A stretch of 64,000 bases of DNA. It comes from Chiloscyllium plagiosum (taxonomy: Eukaryota). Each line of letters begins with the position of its first letter. Position 1 is the stretch's first letter. A program made the translations under genes and the position numbers. Below, piece after piece: positions 41,476 through 51,759 of the stretch. The notes beneath the pieces were generated by a model. It searched no databases, had not been told where the DNA came from, and saw only the letters and a program-made list of their open reading frames with translations. Where the stretch lies: contig NC_057756.1 of the NCBI RefSeq assembly GCF_004010195.1, positions 2,978,776 through 3,042,775 of the forward strand. The letters are read 5' to 3'.

Positions 41476-41852
41476 ATCTTGTCTATGAACACAAAGCTGC
41501 GTCCCAATTCGCAGCATTTGTTGTCAAGCACAGCAGATTTGTCAAACAATATTATATGCAATGTAATTTAATTGCCACTGACTTAACAATCTCGTGGTTT
41601 TTGAAATACTGCAGCACATCTCCGTTACAACAACAAAACAAAGTATCATGACATCTTAGAAAGAGATCCCAAACTAAATGAAAACTGTGTGATAATCCAA
41701 TCCTCTCAGAATAAACCAATGAAAAGCGATGCATGACAAATGAAACTATCACATCAAAGATGACCATCCATAACAGACTTGCCGTGGTATGTTAGTTGTA
41801 TATTCCATTTCTTAGCGGTGACCTTTTTGACAAACAAACACACCTGCACTAG

Positions 41853-41873
41853 CTAATAAGTTTAGCACAGCAG
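41853..41873 (+). CDS. Weak candidate 21-nt phase-1 micro-exon, (A)NKFSTA
   Basis: cacctgcactag| ... CAG|gtaaaa; poor pyrimidine tract. Confidence 0.25.
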
Positions 41874-42632
41874 GTAAAAACACATAATAGAAATAAGCAC
41901 AACATCAGACAGACGATCAAACTGTAATACTGAAGACACAAGTCTTCTTTATAAACGGTAGAAGAATTAATATGGATTAAAATAGTGCTCCGCACCATGC
42001 TGACGATCATCAGAAGACTGATGTAAAGTGACTGAACTAATTTAGTAAGATAATATTTATATAAATCAAGCTAGTCACTCATTCTGAAATTGCTTTCTGC
42101 CACTTCATATCAATCACCATCTCGTTAAAATTTCGTTCAAAGCACAACAAAAGAAAATTGAAATAAAATATATAATTGGAGACACACTCTGAGCCACAAA
42201 GCTATATTTTACAATGTTATCAAAAAAGAGTCCTAACAAATCAGAAGGGAGTATTGACGTGTGGGCATAAAACGAAACAAAAAATGTCATCATACTTAAG
42301 AAATGAAAGGGAGAGTCTTGTGTCAGTTGTTACAGGGCAATAATTCCTGTGAATTGAAACGCCTGTAGTCCTGCTTGAGCTTTCTGAGTTCTGAAGCAAA
42401 TGAAATGACTGTTTAATTACTTTGCCTCTGAACCCTCACATCATAATGTAGGGGTTCAGTAGTTATGATTAATCGGAACTCAAAACCTAAAAAATGCAGA
42501 AGCCATCCCTGTTTATTTACAGGGTACTTTGTCAATGCTGTCTCTTTATGAAAAGGTTATTTTTGTCCTGACTTTCATTTTTTAAATTTTGTTGAATAGA
42601 GTTTCGAAAATAGAGATATAGCTACTGAAGAC

Positions 42633-43347
42633 GGGTGCAGGACCATTCGGCGCAGCTATTTTGGCTCGAGCGATTCAGAGCGGCCAGTTTGGCATAACAT
42701 GTTTTGGCACAGATCCATTTAAGCACATAAAGGTTTTGGCGCAGCTCATATTTATTCATTTTCAGGCTTAGCTAAAAGCATTAATGAAAGCAATAAAAAG
42801 AAAAAAAATGTTTATCTTCTTTAGTAAAAATATGGAAAAGGAAATAAAAATAAATGAAATAACGTAAATATGAAAAATCTAAAATATGACGTTTATTCAA
42901 AATTATGGGCTATTTCAGCATCTGACACTTTTATCTTTGAAATGACGGTGTCTCTTTCTACCTTAGATGCTGAAGCTGCATGCAAATGTTCATTAACTTG
43001 TTTCACTAGGTCACCATTTATAAAGTGAGCGTTGCAAATGCCCTTCCTCTCACATCTCCAAAACGTTATCAGCAGCATATCTATCAAATACGTATATATA
43101 GCTGTCGTATGAGCACTTTTCCTTTCCATACTTTGACAACAAAATTGTTGATGGCATTTTAATGAGTTATATTTTATTTTAGTAATTACTACAAACTACT
43201 GAATAACTACAAAACAGCTCTTCGCCAAAATGGGTCTGCACCAAAACAGTTCTGCACTTAAATGGCTCTGCGCCAAAATGGGCTATGCCAAACCGGCCAC
43301 GAAACATCATTCACGCCAAAATGGCTGCGCTAAATGGTCCAATTTCG
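42633..43347 (-). mobile_element. Non-autonomous Mutator/MULE DNA transposon with FLYWCH remnant
   Basis: 9-bp TSD actgaagac (42624-42632 and 43348-43356), imperfect TIRs of about 110 bp built from ttttggcgcag subrepeats, and internal ORF YTY...TFWRCERKGICNAH...VNEHLH (FLYWCH pattern). Confidence 0.85.
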
Positions 43348-44867
43348 ACTGAAGACAGCATAAGTGAGCAATTTAGGAGACCTTTACGATTTCCATTGTA
43401 CGTTGGAACAATTGATTAATTTTGAGTGAAAGTGGCCAGCTCTCACAAACCATTTTTCTCTTTTATTAGCTATAACCGTCAACAACTATTTGGGTTATCA
43501 GAAGTATTGGTTGCTTCAGTGAGTGCTTGCTTTCTGCTACTTCCTTCGGCATTTCTCTCATCGTTTATTTCACCCTGGATAGCAGAATTGTATGTCAGAA
43601 TTTGTATCTGAATTTGTCTTTGGCTAACGAATACTGCGGAGATGTAACTATTTTTTGTAGTAATTAATTAATAGTAGGTATTTCATCTATTATTCAGTTA
43701 AGATTTCCAGTAGTTATGTTAGTCTAAATGCTACTTCCCTTTGTGTGCATGTTCATTATACTGTAAAACTAAATTGTGTTTTGCTTCACATTGAGCATTT
43801 TGGCCAGTGGCATCACATCTGGAATAGGCTGTTTGCATCAAACTTTCAAATAAGGAAATGTGAGGGTGTGGGCTACAGTCTTGAAACTATTTTTATGGTG
43901 TTCTGTCTTGTCCACAACATGCTGAAGAAATTGTCCGTAGAAAAGAAAACAGAATTTGATGGAGAAGTTCAACACTTCCAGCAGCCTGTGAGGGGAAAGC
44001 ACTGTTATGTCTACTATTAGCTGGAAAGAAGTTGTACATGTGCTTCTACCAGTGTTCGGGTTCTGGTTCTGTTAATTATCGAGCAGAAGAGAGATAGAGA
44101 CTGGCAGAGTTTGGCAAGGAAATGGTTGATGAATAATGTTGTTCAGTTCCTCTGTTCGACAACACATTTTGCATGGCACATAAAGAAGAGTTGAATCTGT
44201 ATCCACTGTGCAATAACTTTATTAATTTAATTAAAACAGTTGTGCAATTCAGATCCTCTGTTTAGGAAAAGATTGACGAGAGGCATGCAACACATAGAAG
44301 GCTAAATTCCCAGTAACCAGTGGTTTGTTTTTCAATGATGTTCTTTGAACAGTTTACATAAACAAAGTTTGATATCGAAGAATAGAAGCTTACGCTGGCC
44401 AGTAGAATTATCCCGGATCGTGGAGATAACTCCACACTTCCAAGCATTGGGTCCACAATTCCAGAAAAGTTTGTTCACCAGAGGTTTCCATGATGGTGCG
44501 CCATAATCATTCATTTGTGTTTCTTTTTCCCTTATATTCACAAACATTGGTACCTTATCTTCATTGGATCTTAAGTCATATGACGACCCATGGCTTTCTA
44601 CGAGAGGCTCACTCCAAGAACACCTTTAGGCTTCTCACTTTACTGCTCGACCAAATCTTCATTTTGCCCTTGCTTCATCCTCAGAGGTCAATCTGCTCAA
44701 AGAGGCTGAACACAATGTTTCGGATCCGCATAACATCTGTTCACAATTATTGCCGTTATTTGTAAAGAGCCCCAGGTCAACAATAGACATCTAGGTAAGG
44801 GGGAAAATAACCTGGCATTTGGGTAATGTGTATTTGAACAAATCCTTGCTATATTTGAAGCAAAGCA

Positions 44868-45835
44868 TAGAATATAGAACATAGAGAAGTACAGTGCAGA
44901 ACAGGCCATTTGTCCCACGATGTTGTGCATAGGTTTAATCCTAATGTAAACTATAGTTACCTACGCACCCCTCAACTCACTGCTATCCATGTATATGCCT
45001 AGCAGTCTCTTAAATGTCCCCAATGACTCTGATTTCACCACCACAGCTGGCAACACATTCCAGACATTCACAACTCTCTGCGTAAAGAACCTACCTCTGA
45101 TGCCTCCACTATATTTCCCCCTAATATCTTAAAACTATGAGTTCTTGTACCAGTCAATCCTGCCCAGAGGAACAGTCTCTGGCTATTGAATCTATCTATT
45201 CCACTCATTATTTTGTACACCTCTATCAGGTCTCCTCTCTTTCTCCTTCTCTCCAGAGAGAAAAGCCCGAGCTTATTCAACCTTTGTTCTTACGGCAAGC
45301 CCTCCCATCCAGGCAGCATCCTGGTAAGCCTTATTTGCACCCTGTCCAAAGCTTCTGTATCTTTTCTATAGCAGGAAAGATCTGGACACAATATTCGAAG
45401 TGTGTTCTCACCAGGGACATGCAGAGCTGCAGCAAAACCTCGCGGCTCTTAAACTCGATTCCTCTGTTAATGAAAGCCAAATGCGACTCATGTGGAGAGG
45501 GAGGAGGCAAATATCCTCGCTAGAGGCTTAGAAAACTCTTTTTTTCGCTTCCCAGAGCGGCCTCGGATAAATCTGGTGTGGCCCTGGGGACTTATCATTC
45601 TTAATGATTTCCAAAATGTCCAGCACATCAACTTCATCAATCTTGATCTGGTCAAACCTGTATCCCAGCTCCACTAAGTTTTCATTTACAACAAGATCCC
45701 TCTCCTTGGTGAAAACTGAAGCAAAACAAAACTCATTTCGGGCTTCCCCTGTTGGCTCAGATTCCACACACAAGTTCCCTCCACTATCCCTGATCGGCCC
45801 TACCTTCTCCCTGATCATTTTCTTATTTCTCACGT
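44868..45835 (-). mobile_element. CR1 LINE 3' fragment with internal deletion
   Basis: LGLFSLERRRKRGDLIEVYKIM and KNDKSPGPHQIYPR abut near 45480, so the RT core is missing; tail (catagaa)n. Confidence 0.9.
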
Positions 45836-47830
45836 ATGTTGTGAGAAGCTTTGGTTTAGGGGATGTTTACTGGCATGAAAGGAGATGTTCAAATTCCAAA
45901 ATTCATGAAATCGATATTTATTGCTGAAGTTTATGCAATACCCAAACTAAAGACATGGTGTTGTCCTTTCCAGTTTCCCACCTCCGCCAGTGAGCCTCGC
46001 TGGATGACCACCCCAGACCCAAACAGTTAGAGTGGTCTTTGAACACAATATTTATTTTTCAATGTGGCAAAAACCTGGGATCTCGAAGTGATTTCTGTAT
46101 TCAGTTTGTTTAAAATGCAATTAGTTTGATCACTTTCTAGAGCATCGACGATGTGTTTGTGAATATTCGATAAGCATTCCCATGTGTATTATTTTCTGTG
46201 CAATTTCGTTCCTGTTTTTCCGAGAGGTGAAAATGTAATTCTGTCATTCAAATTACTCATGTCGGCTAATTTCACTAACATTGCTTCTCTTTCTTTAAAA
46301 CCTGATTGGGCACTGACGCTCCGTCCTCTGTCCTTTGTTATGTGAAATATTTTCATGCAAATAATGCATTGAATCAGCTCTTCTGGCGTGTTTCGGATGC
46401 AATTAGATTATTTTATCAATAAATAGGTAAGAAAAATGTAAATGAAAAAACTTCTAAATCTGTGGTAACTTCAGCGCCTTGAACAACCGAGCAAACGGTC
46501 CTTACAATCTCATTTCATGCCAGTTGCATTTTCCCAGCGTTTGAAGTTAATCTTAGGCTGCAACTGGGAAGAAACTTTATTTGTCATGCTACAGAAACTT
46601 GAGAACAGTATGTAATGCAGTTCTCAATCCTTCTTCTATCGAACATATTAAATAGTAGTCAAATCATCAAAAGTGCCAACTTACAGTTGCTCCACGTTTT
46701 ATGAAAGCTGCATCCTTGTAATAATAGACAAACACATTTTCACTTGTGATCATTTTGCTCTGTTTATCTGTCATCTAAGTTAGCTGGAAATGCTACGTGA
46801 ATGTAGTTAAAAAATGACAATGAGAAGGTGACCTCAGTGCCCATTTAGCCAGAGAGTATTGTATTTCATTCTCAGAACATGATGGAATATCTTATTTTGA
46901 CTGCCAGCCTCTCTCTAGTTCGCTATATAAAGTGAGTTTCTTAAGTGAGTGAGGTTTGGACTGCTCGTGTTATAAAGACGTCCATTATTTTCTACATTTC
47001 CTTCCCTATATTTTCTTAATTTAAATAAAATGCTTTATTTAGGACAGAAAAAATAACTCTGCTTTCATGTAACCAAGCCTAGTAGACTTGTAGGTCACGT
47101 CGTCTATAATGATATTTTTTATAATAACTGGCATTGTATGCTACTGCTTCTTCATCACGTCTCAATCTGCACAAAGGACTTTCAAATTTCCAACTCTATT
47201 TATTAATCATGGACGATATCAAGTGTTCGCAAAACATTATTTTGACTTTTTTTTCTGATTGATCGCAAAGGAAGACAATAAATAAATAAATAAGCATCGA
47301 GCGACTGCAGACAGATCATGCCGACGGATGCCACAAATTCTGATCTCGTTTTAGAATATTCTACGCACTCTTCAAGATGAATGATTTGCTCTAACGGTGG
47401 TAGCACAGCGTGCGGGTACAACTTACAAATAATGATGTTTTCCAAGGATTTCTATCAAGATTTTGACAGCTGTGATATACTTTGCCAAATGTTGACAACA
47501 AATGACTGGGCAGTTTTCCCAAATGTTTTTATTTTTCTCAACTCTCTCTTTACGAGATATGCCAAACATAGGTTGTCAAATTTTCCAAGGACATCTATTT
47601 TTTGTGCCTCTGTTTACTCATGTCGACTATTGTGCGCACACTTTACTGAATTGCAAGGTTTTTTGTCCTACTTATAGTCTAATGACTGGCGTACATTGAT
47701 CATAGGAATTATATCGAAAAACGTAAGATGGTTAGAAACGTCTCAAATCATTTTATTTAAGTTGGAGTCAACAGATAATTAATCAAATGAAACAGTGTTC
47801 AGACTTTCCAATTACCTTTTTTTATCTCAG

Positions 47831-47851
47831 ATAATGTATTGCTATATAATG
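47831..47851 (+). CDS. Candidate 21-nt phase-1 micro-exon, (D)NVLLYN
   Basis: Strong acceptor ttacctttttttatctcag, weak donor G|gtggtt; resembles the 6179 exon. Confidence 0.4.
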
Positions 47852-47932
47852 GTGGTTTTCATAATGTTACAATCGAGTGAACAGAGAGGCAATGAAATAA
47901 ACTTATATTTATTCACTTAATATTGATCATAG

Positions 47933-47968
47933 ATAAGACATCATTGGAAAATAAAATAGAAGGCCATG
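47933..47968 (+). CDS. 36-nt phase-1 micro-exon, (D)KTSLENKIEGH
   Basis: tattcacttaatattgatcatag| ... ATG|gtgagt, open frame. Confidence 0.7.
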
Positions 47969-48134
47969 GTGAGTCTTTCATTCAATTAATCTGAGTTGGA
48001 AAAGTGTATGGAAGATGCGGAATTTGTACAAAGGATTAAACCCTAAATATTCTGGCACGTCTAAATGGCTCCTCATTGTTGCAACATCTGAATTGAAATG
48101 CAAAGTTGAAAAAAAAATGTAAGCACAACAAATA

Positions 48135-48137
<3 letters not shown>

Positions 48138-48195
<58 letters not shown>

Positions 48196-48213
48196 ATATA
48201 TATACACACACAC
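48138..48213. repeat. (TA)n(CA)n microsatellite
   Basis: Directly visible. Confidence 0.97.
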
Positions 48214-49704
48214 GTTATCTGACAGATGTAGCCGATGTTGGATTAGCCAACAGTTAGTGTCTATTCCAAAATGCTTCGAGAACTTAGTGGTAAAATGCTT
48301 TACCAGACAGTATGCAAAAGCTGTTAGGGAAAAAGCTGTGCTATTTTTATTCAACAGCATTAGGTAGAATGTACTGTACTTCGAGAGGAAATGCACGTCT
48401 CCCTGTTCCCATGTGGCTATTGGCTTATTCCTCTCCCAATTAGATCTTGGCTTGGAATCAACTGTATAAGATGTCTTGTGTTTCTGTGGTTAACTTCGAA
48501 TGCGTACATTTTGCTACCACTGTATGAGAATGATTAAACGAGGCAATGTCCATGTCTCAAAATGGATACCAACAGAACTGCCATAATTCTCAATTGTGAG
48601 TCATGTACAGGCATTTAGGAACCGTGAGGTGAACATATCTTCGCACAATTTCCAGTTGCTAACGAGATCGTCTAACTACCATACATATAGCACGACTTTC
48701 TTCAATGTCAGGTCAATATATCCTGCCGAGTATTGGCGGGAAATAATACAGTGCTGATTGTTTGATTGAAGAAAAAACAAAAATGTCCGTTTTGTTCTTT
48801 TTGATATGCAATGCCTTTCACTGGTGACTTTACTGAACCTTTCTGTCAGTCAATATTGACTGGTGCCCTGATAATATTGGATCTGACCATGTCCGTTTTA
48901 AACATCTCAAAGTCAGGAAATTATCAAAGCATGAACTTGCAGGCATGTATATTAATCAAGAATCAGGAGACTCGTAGGTGTCAGTAAACGTCTGAGGAAT
49001 TGTTTTCAATGTAACTAAATGCTTGATATAAAGCAGTGCTCGGCGTTATTGCCATCAGTGGGAACAAAAGTATTTCCACAGTGACGACATTTCATCATAT
49101 GTTTTGATAAGTGTTTGACAAACCTGTATTTCTATTACTCCTTGGAGTGATGGAGAGTTCTCCCTTTTGCATACACTTCTTTAAAATAAATCTGGTTAAG
49201 GCTGCAAAGGAAAAAAAATGCTTGTCGCTATTTCAGAAAGCAGCCTGAAAACATGGAACGGGTTATGTTTGTAGAATACACACACTGCTTGTACTCTGGC
49301 CAGCACCTGTCATCGTTTTGTGAATATTATAGTTTGGGAGATGCTGGCCAGATTGACTGTGCCTTGGTCTTTCTACAAATGACATAACTGGTCAAATTGC
49401 TGCAGTTCTGTGCAGATGTCAGTGTTTTGAATGCAATGGAACTGTTTTCCAACTGGAATTTCAAATTTTGAAGCACAATATCTCAGCATTATTCCGAAAA
49501 AAATTCGCCCACCCACGATACAGTGGAACTCCTTTTATGCAGGGTGACAACAACAGTGGGGATTCCAATAGGAACTGCAGATGAAATGAAAGCCCGAAAT
49601 ACTCAAAGTTGTCTTGGAAGTGATAAACAATGAAGGAATGAGATAAAGAAAAATGATATTTTCTGTAAATCCACGAGTACACTATTAAGGTATTTGTGTC
49701 AGAC

Positions 49705-49995
49705 TAGATTCCCTACAGTGTAGAAACAGGCCCGTCGGCTCAACAAGTCCACACAAACCCTGTGGAGTGCAACCCATTCCCCTATATATAAGCCTGACAA
49801 ATGCGTCTAACACTATGGACAATTTTGCATAACCAATTCACCTATACTACACATTTTCATGATTGCAGGAGGAAACCCACACAGAGACAGCGAGAATGTA
49901 CAATCTCAATACAAGCAGTCGCCCGAGTCAGGAAACAAACCCGGGTCCCTGCCGCTGTGTGGGAGCACTGCTAACCACCGAACCACAATGTGCAC
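49705..49995 (-). mobile_element. HE1-type SINE
   Basis: Collinear with 13495-13798. Confidence 0.88.
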
Positions 49996-50242
49996 CTTCA
50001 GGCTACTTTATATTCAGTGTGATAGATTTTGTTTAGCTTCACGTCGTTGTGCATGGCAAAAATAAACAGGTACGTAAATAGATAGATAGTAGAGAGACAG
50101 TCAGATACAGAAGAAATCACAAACATTATTATCAAGACAGCTTGTAAATGAACATTAGTACCTACGTTTGATTTGTCGATTGTTTTAAAATGCTGATGCA
50201 ATATATATAATCTGCTAACTGTAGTACCTGTTCTCGTTACAG

Positions 50243-50278
50243 ATAACAGAGAATTAAAACAGAACAGAAAGCAAAAAG
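50243..50278 (+). CDS. 36-nt phase-1 micro-exon, (D)NRELKQNRKQK
   Basis: cctgttctcgttacag| ... AAG|gttcga, open frame. Confidence 0.65.
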
Positions 50279-50813
50279 GTTCGAAATGGAAATTGGATAA
50301 ATTAAATGTAGTCAGTAAAGAAATGTATGGTATAATTTGATTATCAAAATGAATGTTATCAAAAATCCGTGAAAATGCTGTAGAAACTCAACAGTTGTAG
50401 CAGCATTTGTGGGAGAAATAATATGGGAATTTCGATTCTTGTTGACTATTCACCAAAAGTGTTTCAGAACGCACCCAGGGTGCTGGCAAAGAGAACCCAG
50501 ACTCGAATTATTAACTTAGCTTAACCTCCACAGATGCTGCCAGAGCCTCTGAAATTCTGAAAGCGAATTTGCTTTCGTTTTTTAGTTTTTCTTTCTTTAT
50601 GTACTCTTGTGTGATAGTCCTTTTCCATTCGCACAAGGTGTTTGCAAAGGAGAATTGACTTTGGTGTTCAGAAACGGAATATTCGGATCAAAATAAACAA
50701 CTAAATCTGAAACATATGTAAGTATTGATACGCATTAACAAGAATATGCGAGCAACTTAGATTTTCAGGCTTATAGGATCAATTGTTATTCTCTTTGTTA
50801 TGCTTTCATTCAG

Positions 50814-50834
50814 ATGATTCAGCTTTATTCACTG
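50814..50834 (+). CDS. Weak candidate 21-nt phase-1 micro-exon, (D)DSALFT
   Basis: Strong acceptor ctctttgttatgctttcattcag, weak donor G|gtctaa. Confidence 0.25.
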
Positions 50835-51759
50835 GTCTAACGTTTATTGCGGAATTGTGATTCAGAATGTGGACGCAAGCAGCATTGAAAAGCTCTGCAA
50901 TTCGTTTTTTGTATGTACAGACTTTGTTCTGTTTCGAAAGCAATTGTAAATGTTTTATCCAGTGCAATGAGTCAGAGTGCACGAGGACAAGCATGGATTG
51001 TTTCTGAGAACGGAAGTGATTGCGAGTCAAGGTGACAAGTAGTATAACTCATTACAATTAATTTAAATAAGCAACAAATGGCATATTATGTTTCTGGTAT
51101 CTGATGCCTCATGGATAAATGCTTGGTGACTAATGCTTCAAATGTGCTGGAAAGATTAAAGGGAGGAACCATTTTTTGGTTCACCTCTATGCATCGTGAA
51201 ACAAAGAAAGACTACCATCAAAACACAGACATTGTTAGATTGGAGAGAGAAAGATAGGTATATGAATGGATACCAAATCCAAAAAAGCAGTGAGAATGAG
51301 AAAAATATCTCATAGAAAATAAACGCATTCTCGATCGACAAAATCTGGAATTCTTCATGAAAACGATTCGATGACGCATTGGAACAATTATAAACAAAAC
51401 TACAGCACAGTACAGGGCCTCCAGCCTACGATGCTGGGCCGAAAATTAATCTTAATCTAATATCAACTAATGGACACACAATTCATTATACTGCCGACGG
51501 TGTGCTTATCCAGCAGTCGCTTAAGATGACCCAAAATACTCTAGTGCACTGCTTTAAACTGAATATTTGCTTTTCGAGCTCCCATGGCTTCCAAAAATGT
51601 TGAAAGGAAAACTGCGTTTTTACATCGTTTCTGAGTTTCAAGAACGTCGAGAGGGCATAACAGCAACATTATAGAATTTACTTTGAAGTTCCAGAATAGT
51701 TCCTGAAATTAAATGTTACACTGTTATGATTGTGCAAATGTAGCTATTTTCTGGGTCTG

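Noticed and set aside
47678..47722. Exon-like units open only in other phases or of non-triplet length (also 6288, 31354, 32314, 42523, 50037)
   Set aside because: Incompatible with the phase-1 array. They cannot be distinguished from chance or decayed exons without transcript data.
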